A DNA stretch of 64,000 nucleotides from Ignavibacteriales bacterium. GTDB lineage: Bacteria > Bacteroidota > Ignavibacteria > UBA10030 > UBA6906. Each line of letters starts with the position of its first letter. The first letter of the stretch is position 1. The translations under genes were made by a program, and so were the position numbers. Shown here one piece after another: positions 17,849 to 27,180 of the stretch. The stretch is from the NCBI GenBank assembly GCA_037441705.1, contig JBBIRR010000004.1, positions 1-64,000 of the forward strand, in the 5' to 3' direction. Below the pieces are notes generated by a model, which was not told the origin of the DNA, ran no database searches, and saw nothing but the letters and a program-made list of their open reading frames with translations.

Positions 17849-20746
17849 TTACTTGATAATCATCAGCTTCCTGACAGCGCTGTTGTTGCCCGATTGGAGT
17901 TTGTAGAAGTACGTGCCCGTCGCAAGCCGTTCGGCGTCGAAGGCCACCTGATGTCTGCCTGCCGTCATGACTTCATCCACGACTGTAGCGACTTCGCGGC
18001 CTAACACGTCATACACTTTCAGCGATGTGTGGGCCGGCCCAACAAGCGAAAACCGGATGGTTGTTGTCGGATTGAAGGGATTCGGATAGTTCTGCTCGAG
18101 AGCGAAGGCGAGAGGAACGTCCGTTGCACCATCAATCGAGAGCGGGCCAGCCGTTCCGAAGCCATCCGATACGAAATCGTCCACATACCAGCCGCGATAG
18201 ACGAGCGTGTTGTTATCTGCGCCGAAATCGAACCGAATGCTCACGGTGTTTCCCTCGCTTGCGATCCCCGTCAGATCGAACGTCGCTTTACGCCACTGGC
18301 GTCCCATCACTTCGGCATAGCCGGGCTGTCCGCCCAGCGGATTGCTGAACCCGTTGTAGATTGCCGCGAGAGGATAACCGCCAACCGGTGATACGGTCTG
18401 GAACGGGCCGCCGTTGACGGAGACCTTCACGTTCCCGCCATCATATCGCGTCTCAGTCTCGTACCATTGATAGAACGAAAAGGTAGCCCGATCCGAGTAC
18501 ACCGTGTAGGGCGGTGTCGTCAGAGAGGAAAGGCGAGGACCCTGGAGGTAATTGCCTGCGAGTCTCGTTCCCCAGCATTTTGTTCCGCTGTTCGGCGCCG
18601 GCGATGTGCCCGATGGCGTGCCGTACTCCCAATCGTTGGTTGCGGTGAACGATCCGTTGTTCGCCTCAAAGGGAAGCTCGACGTGGGTGTTATTCTTCAC
18701 GCGGAAGCTGTAGAAGCCCGTGCTCGGCGCGTAGGTTGTGTTGTTGTAGGCATCAACGGCCTTGAAGCGGTACTCGATCAGATCGTTCTCGCGAAGCACG
18801 CTGCGCGCGATGCGGAGCGTATCCGAGTACACGCTGTCCGCCGAGGTGAGGGTCAGCGGCGTCTCGTCAACGCCGTTGCGTTTGTATTCGAGCGTGACAA
18901 TCATCGGGAGGCTGATGTCGGTGACGATTGCGCTCAGGCGAGGCGGCCAGCTTGTGACGGCGATGTTGCCGCGCTGCGTGTGTGTGATCGCCGGGCCGGT
19001 GACATCGTTATTAACTTGATAAGAGAGATAGCCGCTGCCGAGCGGGTAGCGCACCGACACGCTATCGTTCTTCGCTTGAATGTAGTAGGTGATGTTCACA
19101 TTCCTTCCGAGGAACGGAATCGTTGCCTGATACTCGTTCGTGGTGCCCACACGCGTCAGCGGTGTGCTTGCCGTGATGGAGCCGTTGACGCCGTACCACA
19201 CGCGCGTGGAATCGGGATGAAGCGGAATGCGCGAACGAATCGTGGCGCTGAGCAGCCGCGCGGTGGTATCGGCGGTATTGGCAAGAGGCGTATGAGTAAT
19301 CCAGACGTAATGTGCAGCCTTGGCGGCGTTGGCAATGCCCCAGCCGTAGTACCGGTCGGGCGCGCTTGCACGACTTGCAGTCTGGCGCAGCGCTTCGCCT
19401 ACCTGCTTGGGGGTGAGTCCGGGATTCGCCTGAAGGATCAATGCTGCAACGCCGGCGGTCAGAGGGCATGAAAATGACGTTCCGCTCACTCCACCGTAAC
19501 TGGATGTTCCGATGGCTGCCCACGTGCTTGAACCTTTGGCCATGACGTCCGGCTTCATGCGTCCGTCGGCTGTGGGGCCAACAGAGCTGAAACTGACGCG
19601 CGTTCCGCTGGAGTTGACAGCCCCGACGGCGATCACATCGAACCCATCTGCCGGACCGCCGAGCGAATTCTGTCCCGTGGGAGCATCGCCATCGTTGCCG
19701 GCGGAATTGACCACGACGATGCCTAATTCCGTCGCGCGATTGGCTGCCCGCGTCACAATCGTGTTCACGCCGTTCATGTCCTGCCACGAGTAGCTGGGCC
19801 ACGGTGGATCAAACGGGGCCGTGGGACTGCCGTATCCTAATGAGCTGCTGATGACGTCGGCGCCGATACTATCCGCCCAGATCACTGCTCGGGCCCAGTT
19901 ATCTTCTTCCTTTGGAGTTTCTGTCGGGTCAACTTCGGTGCGCGCAAGAGCAAAGGATGCACCGAATGCCGTTCCAATCAGATTTCCGTCTGAAAACCCG
20001 CCGACACAGGAGAACGTGTTCTGTCCGTGTGAATGCGAGGCAAGGGTTGTGGAGTTGGTCTGGAAATCATACCGCGCAACGATCGGACGCGTCACGAGAG
20101 CAGGATGCGAGAGATTGGAAAATCCCGCATCGAAAATCGCGATGAGGACGCCCGTTCCATCAATCCCTTGATTGTGAAGCGCAATCGTGTTGAGCTGCTG
20201 GTTCTGATTGAGCGAACTGCCGTAGTTGATCAGCGGCGAAAGCCCGGATGACGGCGGCGGCGGTTCATCCATGACGGAGACAGGTTCCCAGAGGCGTTCC
20301 GGCTTGAAGCGAACAACCAGCTCCAGTTCACGCACGAACGGCAAGCGACGCAGCGCCGCGATTTGTGCTCGCGTGGCAAGGACACTCATGGCGTTGAACC
20401 ATTTCACTTCGTGGCGGACTTTCGTCACCATGGAGGCAACGGCTCCGACATACGAGCGCTCGAGAGGCACATCCTCAAGTGTGATGATGCTCGTGCGATC
20501 GGTCTGTGCCGCCTGCTCGCGTCGCGCAATGGCGCGCGGAGAAAGATACGTTTCGGCGGGAAGCATCAGCTTCTGCTGTACGTTCTCGCCCTTATCCTTA
20601 AAATACACCCAAACAGGAACGACTTGAGCGTCGTGCAGTGTGGCGTAGAGCCGCTCGAGCGATTTGCCTAACGGGGCAAGCTCCTGTGCACGACCAAGAC
20701 CCGCGAGGGAGAACGCGGCGCACAAGAAAAGTATAATGCGTTTCAC
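17849..20746 (-). CDS. S8 (subtilisin-family) serine peptidase with propeptide, extra beta-domains and T9SS CTD
   Basis: Catalytic motifs IAIFDAG, SHGQNT and GTSFSCP, oxyanion NSAGN, cleaved-adhesin-like YDGGNVKVSVNGG, QNYPNPFNP CTD. GTG start with AAGGAG RBS. Confidence 0.92.
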   Translation of the reverse strand: MKRIILFLCAAFSLAGLGRAQELAPLGKSLERLYATLHDAQVVPVWVYFKDKGENVQQKLMLPAETYLSPRAIARREQAAQTDRTSIITLEDVPLERSYVGAVASMVTKVRHEVKWFNAMSVLATRAQIAALRRLPFVRELELVVRFKPERLWEPVSVMDEPPPPSSGLSPLINYGSSLNQNQQLNTIALHNQGIDGTGVLIAIFDAGFSNLSHPALVTRPIVARYDFQTNSTTLASHSHGQNTFSCVGGFSDGNLIGTAFGASFALARTEVDPTETPKEEDNWARAVIWADSIGADVISSSLGYGSPTAPFDPPWPSYSWQDMNGVNTIVTRAANRATELGIVVVNSAGNDGDAPTGQNSLGGPADGFDVIAVGAVNSSGTRVSFSSVGPTADGRMKPDVMAKGSSTWAAIGTSSYGGVSGTSFSCPLTAGVAALILQANPGLTPKQVGEALRQTASRASAPDRYYGWGIANAAKAAHYVWITHTPLANTADTTARLLSATIRSRIPLHPDSTRVWYGVNGSITASTPLTRVGTTNEYQATIPFLGRNVNITYYIQAKNDSVSVRYPLGSGYLSYQVNNDVTGPAITHTQRGNIAVTSWPPRLSAIVTDISLPMIVTLEYKRNGVDETPLTLTSADSVYSDTLRIARSVLRENDLIEYRFKAVDAYNNTTYAPSTGFYSFRVKNNTHVELPFEANNGSFTATNDWEYGTPSGTSPAPNSGTKCWGTRLAGNYLQGPRLSSLTTPPYTVYSDRATFSFYQWYETETRYDGGNVKVSVNGGPFQTVSPVGGYPLAAIYNGFSNPLGGQPGYAEVMGRQWRKATFDLTGIASEGNTVSIRFDFGADNNTLVYRGWYVDDFVSDGFGTAGPLSIDGATDVPLAFALEQNYPNPFNPTTTIRFSLVGPAHTSLKVYDVLGREVATVVDEVMTAGRHQVAFDAERLATGTYFYKLQSGNNSAVRKLMIIK

Positions 20747-20818
20747 TCAAAACTCCTTGAGTTTGTTGTGGAGAGCAGTGACGACAGGCGTTGGGGTCGA
20801 CGTCCTTACTGTGTGTCA

Positions 20819-20847
20819 AGTATAGCAAACGAAAGAGAGAGATGCAA
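20819..20847 (-). promoter_or_regulatory. sigma70-type promoter of the 965-aa S8 gene
   Basis: TTGCAT-17 nt-TATACT on the minus strand. Confidence 0.5.
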
Positions 20848-20924
20848 TGAACGTATCGGTCCTTTTTCTCTCCGCCGCGCGCGAGCTACCTTCACGCGCT
20901 TGCGGCACCAGCGACTGCCATCTG

Positions 20925-22703
20925 TCACCGAACGAGCATCATCTTGACCGTGCCGGAAAATTTTCGGCCCGAAGGGGTTGCAGCGGTCATTCGCCCGAAG
21001 TACACGCCGCTCGCCGCCCTGGCTCCGCTCGACGTGGTTCCATCCCACTCCACCGTCCCAATTGACCGGGAAACGGATTCGTTCAGTAGCGTCCGCACTT
21101 CACGACCAATGAGATCGAAAACCTTGATGGTGACGTGCGCAGCTTCGGGAACCCGATACCGCAGCGTTGTCGAAGGATTGAAGGGGTTAGGATAATTCTG
21201 AAGGAGAGCGAAGTCCGTGGGCACGACGGTCCCGATGGCTTTTAATGCATCGAGGACACCCCAGCCGTACAGGTTGTCCGGCGCGTGGGCGCGACTTGCA
21301 GTGCCTTTCAGGATGGCAATGATCTCGCCCGGTGTGGCCGAAGGCTTTGCGTGCAGCACCAGCGCCGCCACTCCTGCCGCAAGCGGACACGACAGCGATG
21401 TGCCGCCCGAATAGGTGTATTGGGTTGGGTTATCCCAATGCGCGCAGCGAACGGTGACGCCTTGTGCCATGACATCGGGCTTGATGCGTCCGTCCACCGT
21501 CGGTCCGACCGAACTGAAGGGCGCGCGCTGTCCGTCGATCGTTACCGCGCCGACCGCAAGCACGCTGTCGCCATCGGCGGGCGCGTTGAGTGTGTTATGC
21601 TCGCTGCTGAATCCATTGTTGCCGGCGGAGTTCAGCACGACGATGCCGCGCGCCACCGCCATGTCCGCCGCGCGCGTGATCACCGTGGTGTTGCCGTCCA
21701 TGTTCTGCCACGTCCAGCTCGGATAGGGCGGATCGTACGTGAGATAGCCGAGAGACGTGCTGGTGATATCTACCCCGATGCTGTCGGCCCACTCGATTGC
21801 GGCGACCCAGTTATCTTCTTCGAGCGGCGTTTCACTGCTGTCGTTTTCTGTGCGCGCAAGAATGAAGCTTGCTCCGAAGGCCGGCCCGATCAGCTCTCCC
21901 GGCTTGAAGCCGCCGAGTGCGGAAAGCGTTACGACGCCGTGTGCGCCAAAGCCGATGCTGGGATTGTTCGGCACGACGCTGACTTTGTGATCGACAAAAT
22001 CATACGTCGCCACAAGTCGCGTGCGGAGCGTATCGAACGCCTCATGATTGAGGAGACGGAACCCGTTGTCGAACACACCAATGAGAACACCCTGCCCGTA
22101 GTTGCCCAGATCGTGCACGGCAGGGACGTTGATGAGATTGAGCTGCGCGAAGGATGGGCCGTAGTCGAATGCATGCGTGCGGGAAGGCGAGAGCAATGCC
22201 TGCGGAGATTCCACCGGCGGGCTATCCACAAGCGGTTCAGTGTCGTTGCGGCGGAATCGGGCAAGAAGTTCGATGCGTCGGACGAACGGAAGCTCAGCCA
22301 CCTGTTCGAGTTGATGGCGCGTTGCGAGTACGCTTACGCCGTTGAACCATTTCGATCGCTGCCGAACCCGCACAACGCGTGATGCAACCCCGGCAACGTA
22401 GCGTTCGGCGACCGGCAGGTCGCTTTCGTCCACCACCGATTCGGGCGGACGCACCTTCAGTCTGCGCAGAAGAGCACGGGATGAAACAACGGAGTGTGGG
22501 ATTGCGCCGGCGCTGTGCGTGCCCTTGTCCGTGAAGAACACCCACGCGGCAATCGGTTTGTCCGGCGGATGGGTGCGGAGCGCTTCTGCCAGTCGCGGCT
22601 CGATGACATCACCGCCGTGCGCAGCAGAAGCGAGCAGCAATCCGATTGCGAATGCCTGTCCGATAACGGTTCGGCACCTCACAGGCAAGGTCTCAATAGG
22701 CAA
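20925..22703 (-). CDS. S8 serine peptidase with T9SS CTD (paralog of the adjacent S8 gene)
   Basis: IGVFDNG, AHGVVT, NSAGN, GTSLSCP and QNYPNPFNP CTD. Start uncertain (TTG 22703 or GTG 22682). Confidence 0.92.
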   Translation of the reverse strand: MPIETLPVRCRTVIGQAFAIGLLLASAAHGGDVIEPRLAEALRTHPPDKPIAAWVFFTDKGTHSAGAIPHSVVSSRALLRRLKVRPPESVVDESDLPVAERYVAGVASRVVRVRQRSKWFNGVSVLATRHQLEQVAELPFVRRIELLARFRRNDTEPLVDSPPVESPQALLSPSRTHAFDYGPSFAQLNLINVPAVHDLGNYGQGVLIGVFDNGFRLLNHEAFDTLRTRLVATYDFVDHKVSVVPNNPSIGFGAHGVVTLSALGGFKPGELIGPAFGASFILARTENDSSETPLEEDNWVAAIEWADSIGVDITSTSLGYLTYDPPYPSWTWQNMDGNTTVITRAADMAVARGIVVLNSAGNNGFSSEHNTLNAPADGDSVLAVGAVTIDGQRAPFSSVGPTVDGRIKPDVMAQGVTVRCAHWDNPTQYTYSGGTSLSCPLAAGVAALVLHAKPSATPGEIIAILKGTASRAHAPDNLYGWGVLDALKAIGTVVPTDFALLQNYPNPFNPSTTLRYRVPEAAHVTIKVFDLIGREVRTLLNESVSRSIGTVEWDGTTSSGARAASGVYFGRMTAATPSGRKFSGTVKMMLVR

Positions 22704-23109
22704 TGCTCAGGTAATCCACTTCGAGAGCGGCCGGCGTTTCTCCGTGCTGCGGCATTGCGCGTTTTGCGGATTCAAACCATGCATCGTCAATACCGTTGGC
22801 GCGGGCAGTTGCATGCAGCCATTCTTCTTCCGCGGGATGCAGTTCTGCGCCGGTCGTGGCAAGCACGAGTCCATCCTTGATAAATTTTCTGGCAAGCTCG
22901 GGCGTCGAAAACGTGGGCGGTGCTGTGTTGATGTGTTCGTTCTCCAACGCCTCACGTATGGCGTTTTCACAAAACTCTCTGTCGAACCCGAGCGTTGTGC
23001 CGATGCGCATCATCAATTCCGACTCGTGCGCGGTGATCTTGCGGTCTTTTCGTGCGAGAAGCAGCAGGCCGCGATAATAATTACTTCGATCCAGCAAAGT
23101 TATTTTCAT
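22693..23109 (-). CDS. TerB/DjlA-like helical protein
   Basis: Two TerB-like helix pairs: LLLLARKDRKITAHESELM and LVLATTGAELHPAEEEWL. Confidence 0.55.
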   Translation of the reverse strand: MKITLLDRSNYYRGLLLLARKDRKITAHESELMMRIGTTLGFDREFCENAIREALENEHINTAPPTFSTPELARKFIKDGLVLATTGAELHPAEEEWLHATARANGIDDAWFESAKRAMPQHGETPAALEVDYLSIAY

Positions 23110-23183
23110 CGTTGTCGCCTTTCAGACCTTCCACGTCCACCGGTGCGTTGTCAATATACAAACAAAGTTTCGGAATGAACACC

Positions 23184-24365
23184 TCAGGCAAAGAAAATCT
23201 GCGGGGTGAGACCCAGACGGTCGAGCGCCGAACGGATCTCGTCGGCGTACACCGGGTTCATCACAATCACCACATCGGGCTTGCTGGCCCGAAGCAGTTC
23301 AGGTGCGATGACGCGATGGGCCGTTCCCGGTGTGTACATGCCATGTTTTCTCGGGTTTACATCCACAACGTGTCCGACGCTGTGCGTGCCGTTCACCATG
23401 TTCACGAACGTTACTCCTTTCGAACCGGTTCCCCACACAACGATGCGCTTTCCTTCCTCACGCAGAGCCTCGAGCTTCATCGTCCACTCCTTCACTTTGC
23501 GGAGATGCTTATCGGAGAAGGAATGAGCAAGAGCGGTGCAGCGCGCGGGGTCGGGGTGGTGTTTCGATTGTGCATGCCGGGCCGCATTCTTCAACGTGCA
23601 TTCGGCGGCAATGTACTGTCCGTTGAAGGATTCCTCCAACCTCAGCACCTGAAACCCGCACTGTTCCAGCAGTCGCCGGAGCGAAGCGTGCGTAAAGTAG
23701 GAGCAATGCTCGTAGATTACGTCCCAGATGCCGCCCCGTTCCAGCATCCAGAGTGCGTTGGGCACTTCGACGTACAGGATGGCGCGCGGCGTTCGCTGCA
23801 TCGCGGCGTGCACCTCGCGAAGAAGGTGAGCGGGGTGGGGGAGATGTTCCAACACATGGCGGCACGTGTACAGAGCGGCAGGAGGCTGTGAAGTTGCGGC
23901 TGAAAAGAACTCCCGAACGATCGTGATGCGTTCATCTGCAAGAGAAGCATCTGGAGCGAAGCTCGCGTCGAAGCCGATGCCGGTATTGTTGCCCAGCTCG
24001 ACCATCAACTTCAAGAAATCTCCTCTCCCGCAGCCGATGTCCACCACGGTTGTGTTCCGAACCTCATACCGTTCGATCAACTCGGCGGCAAGCCGTTCGG
24101 CAAACCGACGAAAGTGCGGGGAGTAGTGGAGCGAGTTTTCGTAAGCCGGCGTGTATGTTACGCGATCAGACTCGAACGTCCCATTGAAGATGTGCGTACA
24201 CTGCAGGCAGATGCCGAGCGTGATGGTGCCGCGCGCGGCGCGCTCGGCTTCCTCCGGCGTCCGATACAGCACGTTGCAGAAGATGGGTACATCATCTAAC
24301 CGGAAAAAGAACTCAATACCGGCAGAAGAACACACAGGGCAACGGTTGTTGAGGCGTTCATTCAT
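23184..24365 (-). CDS. NDP-hexose C-methyltransferase family, class I SAM-dependent methyltransferase
   Basis: Zn ligands CPVC…CLQC, SAM motif VDIGCGRG, RHVLEH, YEHCSYF, C-terminal WGTGSKG…VDVNPRKHG. Confidence 0.85.
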   Translation of the reverse strand: MNERLNNRCPVCSSAGIEFFFRLDDVPIFCNVLYRTPEEAERAARGTITLGICLQCTHIFNGTFESDRVTYTPAYENSLHYSPHFRRFAERLAAELIERYEVRNTTVVDIGCGRGDFLKLMVELGNNTGIGFDASFAPDASLADERITIVREFFSAATSQPPAALYTCRHVLEHLPHPAHLLREVHAAMQRTPRAILYVEVPNALWMLERGGIWDVIYEHCSYFTHASLRRLLEQCGFQVLRLEESFNGQYIAAECTLKNAARHAQSKHHPDPARCTALAHSFSDKHLRKVKEWTMKLEALREEGKRIVVWGTGSKGVTFVNMVNGTHSVGHVVDVNPRKHGMYTPGTAHRVIAPELLRASKPDVVIVMNPVYADEIRSALDRLGLTPQIFFA

Positions 24366-25983
24366 CGGGGGACTCTCGGTCTTTGCCCACGCGGCTGAGG
24401 CCTGGTCTGATCGTGTGATACAGCCACGCCAGCACCGTTGTTGCTGTCATCAGCATGATACTGGACTCAATGTTCGGCTGGGAGATATCGCCACCGATCG
24501 TCATGAGCAACTGATACTCGACACAAATCGGAGGTAGAACGATGCCGAGGGCCGTGACCAACAATCGTACCCACAACCGTGCATGCTGCTGTGTGAGCAG
24601 CAAGCCGAGCAGGTACGCGAGAGGCATGAAGGCGACCGCTTGAAAGAGGTAGTTGTGGAAATTCTTCATCGGTGATGAGATATCAAGCGCGCTCCCCATC
24701 GGAAACGAGCGGTTGAGCAGCGCGAACCCGGGCCCTAACTCGACGTTGTAATGATGCTGAATGCTGTCCACGTACACATCCAGCTGCGTGACGTTGAGGC
24801 TGACAACGATGCGATGCATTGCGGTATCGGCAAACACGTCCGGCACGAGGAACTGCGGGTTGGTGCCGTTGAGTCCCGTCGTCATCGAGCGGTAGCGTAT
24901 GCCCAGATCATTACCGAGCTGGAGGACGGAGAAATTCCGCTGATAGGGATTGCTGGAAACAGAAACGATGCGCGCTTTTTCGGGAAACGACTTCGGGTTG
25001 TTCGCGGCGCTGAAGCAGATGGTGAAGCGATGCGTTTCCATGATCCAGCTCGAGACTTCGTACGCGGCCGCCGCAGTTTGCAGCCAGCGGCGATCGGTAA
25101 TCAGGACGCCCTCGGATTCGGCTGAGTCAGGCGGGATGCCGCGCCATTCGAGCGGCGCGTGCAGACGCATCCGGTCGGGGTAAGGCGCTCTGCCGTCGAA
25201 GACATAATGGGCGACCATCATCCGAGCATCCTCTTCCGTCAGCGGCCGACCGGCCAGATAGGCGGCAACGCCTTCACGGGAAAGCCCGTGCCGCGTGAGG
25301 ATCAAATCGGACAGGCGCCCGCTCCAGGGCCTGTCGCCCGTCGGCTCGTTGCCGACAACGAGAGGGTAGGAGAATTTGTTGAACTCATTGGGCAGCGACG
25401 ATTGCTGCAGCGGCGCAGTCATCAATAACACTCCAAGGAGGTACACACAGTATGCTGCGACAAGCCAGCCGGAGGCGTAGCCGGCATTGCCGCGCTCGAC
25501 GGCGCGCGTGAGCACGCGATACACCGGCCGCGCCGTAGCGACATACACCAGGTATCCGATGGCTGCACCTGCTGTGTTGGTGGCAACGTCGACGAACGAA
25601 GCATACCGAAATGGCAGAAACAACTGCAGCACCTCGACTGCCAGCGACAAGAACGCTCCGCCCAGCATTGCGGCAAAAAGCCCCGCGAAAAATTTCATCC
25701 GCCGGCGCACGATGAGTATGCCGAGGCTTACGCCGATCGGCAGAAACAGCACCACGTTCGTCACAACGTCGTCCTTGATGGACTGCAGGCTCTCGACCTT
25801 CGGTGAGACGAACGGACTCCACCGCTTGTCCATATCCTCCGTCGTGAAATCAAACGGATACAGGGTGGTGCCCAGTACGACGAGCACGCTTACGACGATA
25901 AGGAAATTCGCGAGATGGCGGACTCTCAGCTCGGCGAGAAGCCGTTGCGGAAGGGAGTGATTTCGTGTGTCCGGTACCGTCAT
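24358..25983 (-). CDS. VanZ-family membrane protein with an extracytoplasmic LamG/ConA-like domain
   Basis: TLYPFDF…DVVTNVVLFLPIG…SLAVEVLQLFLPFRYASFVDVATNTAGA (VanZ), a soluble region (VGNEPTGDRPWSGRLS…ARIVSVSSNPYQRNF) and further C-terminal TM helices. Confidence 0.8.
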   Translation of the reverse strand: MTVPDTRNHSLPQRLLAELRVRHLANFLIVVSVLVVLGTTLYPFDFTTEDMDKRWSPFVSPKVESLQSIKDDVVTNVVLFLPIGVSLGILIVRRRMKFFAGLFAAMLGGAFLSLAVEVLQLFLPFRYASFVDVATNTAGAAIGYLVYVATARPVYRVLTRAVERGNAGYASGWLVAAYCVYLLGVLLMTAPLQQSSLPNEFNKFSYPLVVGNEPTGDRPWSGRLSDLILTRHGLSREGVAAYLAGRPLTEEDARMMVAHYVFDGRAPYPDRMRLHAPLEWRGIPPDSAESEGVLITDRRWLQTAAAAYEVSSWIMETHRFTICFSAANNPKSFPEKARIVSVSSNPYQRNFSVLQLGNDLGIRYRSMTTGLNGTNPQFLVPDVFADTAMHRIVVSLNVTQLDVYVDSIQHHYNVELGPGFALLNRSFPMGSALDISSPMKNFHNYLFQAVAFMPLAYLLGLLLTQQHARLWVRLLVTALGIVLPPICVEYQLLMTIGGDISQPNIESSIMLMTATTVLAWLYHTIRPGLSRVGKDRESPDE

Positions 25984-27170
25984 TACAGTGTGATCACTTC
26001 ACCTGCAACACCCAACCCGGAGAGCATCCGGCGGATCTCGGATTCATAGACCGGATTCATGACGATGATTGTGTCGGGTTGGTACTCCCCAAGGAACGCC
26101 GGCGGAACGATTTCCTGTCCGGTGCCGGCGAGGAATGTTCCATGTTTGTACGGATTGATATCCACAGCATAGGGCATCACCTCATGCGTGATGTTGAGCG
26201 CTGTGAGAAACGCCACGCCTTTCGATCCCGCTCCCCATAACACGATCCTCTTTCCTTCATCAACCAATTTCATGAATCGTTCTTTCCAGCGCCGAAGCCT
26301 TTCGGGATAGGATGCGACGAAATGGTGTACGAGCCTTCGCAATTCCGGCATGTCGTTTTCCTCCGGCAAGCGGGTGCTGCTCGCTTCCACCGCAGGACGT
26401 GCGGTGAGTGTAAGATACTGATCGCTGTATTCTGTTGAAAGAGTTAGCACCTCGAATCCACACCGGCGGAAGAGCCGTGCGAGCGAGCCTTGGCTGAAGT
26501 AGGAGCAATGCTCGTAATAAATATCCCAGAAAGCGACATCTCGCAGAATGTACGTAACGTTGGGGATCTGAATGAAAATCGTTGCGGCGGTTTTCGTTCC
26601 GATGGACCGGCGAATCATGCTCACAAACTCGTTCACCGGTTGAATGTGTTCGAGCGTCATCTTGCAGACGATGAAGTCGCCCTGGAGGTATGCGTACTTT
26701 TCCGAGTACAGATCCGTGATGAAGCGGACGCGATCGTTGCCGGGGTTGCGGTCGGGAACGTAGGCCGGATCAACGCCGATCCCGCGATTGTTTCCGAGTG
26801 TGCAGAGGAGATGCAGGAAGTCACCTTTCCCACACCCGATTTCGATGATGTCCTTGTCATGCAAATCGTATTTTTCGACCAGGCGCTGTGCGAGTGTGCG
26901 ATGGAATTCGTTGAAGGTAGGAGAGAAACTCTGGGTCTCTTCATAGCGGGAGGAATACTCATGCAGCGTCGGATCGAACGCGGCGTTGGTGATGAAGCCG
27001 CACGATTCGCAGAAGCTGAGCCGGATCGTTCCTTTGGGATAGCTGAGCGCTTGCTCGCGCGTCTCCATCAGCAGCACGCTGTGAATCGGAACATGTTCTG
27101 CCTCGTAGAATGTCGTTCCGTGCGGCGCGCCGCAGGCGGGACAGGGGCCTGTTGCCGTGTTCTCGATCAT
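25983..27170 (-). CDS. NDP-hexose C-methyltransferase family methyltransferase
   Basis: CPAC…CESC, IEIGCGKG, YYEHCSYF, WGAGSKG…VDINPYKHG. Confidence 0.85.
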   Translation of the reverse strand: MIENTATGPCPACGAPHGTTFYEAEHVPIHSVLLMETREQALSYPKGTIRLSFCESCGFITNAAFDPTLHEYSSRYEETQSFSPTFNEFHRTLAQRLVEKYDLHDKDIIEIGCGKGDFLHLLCTLGNNRGIGVDPAYVPDRNPGNDRVRFITDLYSEKYAYLQGDFIVCKMTLEHIQPVNEFVSMIRRSIGTKTAATIFIQIPNVTYILRDVAFWDIYYEHCSYFSQGSLARLFRRCGFEVLTLSTEYSDQYLTLTARPAVEASSTRLPEENDMPELRRLVHHFVASYPERLRRWKERFMKLVDEGKRIVLWGAGSKGVAFLTALNITHEVMPYAVDINPYKHGTFLAGTGQEIVPPAFLGEYQPDTIIVMNPVYESEIRRMLSGLGVAGEVITL

Positions 27171-27180
27171 CGAGGCGGCG

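Noticed and set aside
24358-25983. Glycopeptide resistance locus
   Set aside because: VanZ-like domains are widespread and no vanHAX/vanRS genes are present.
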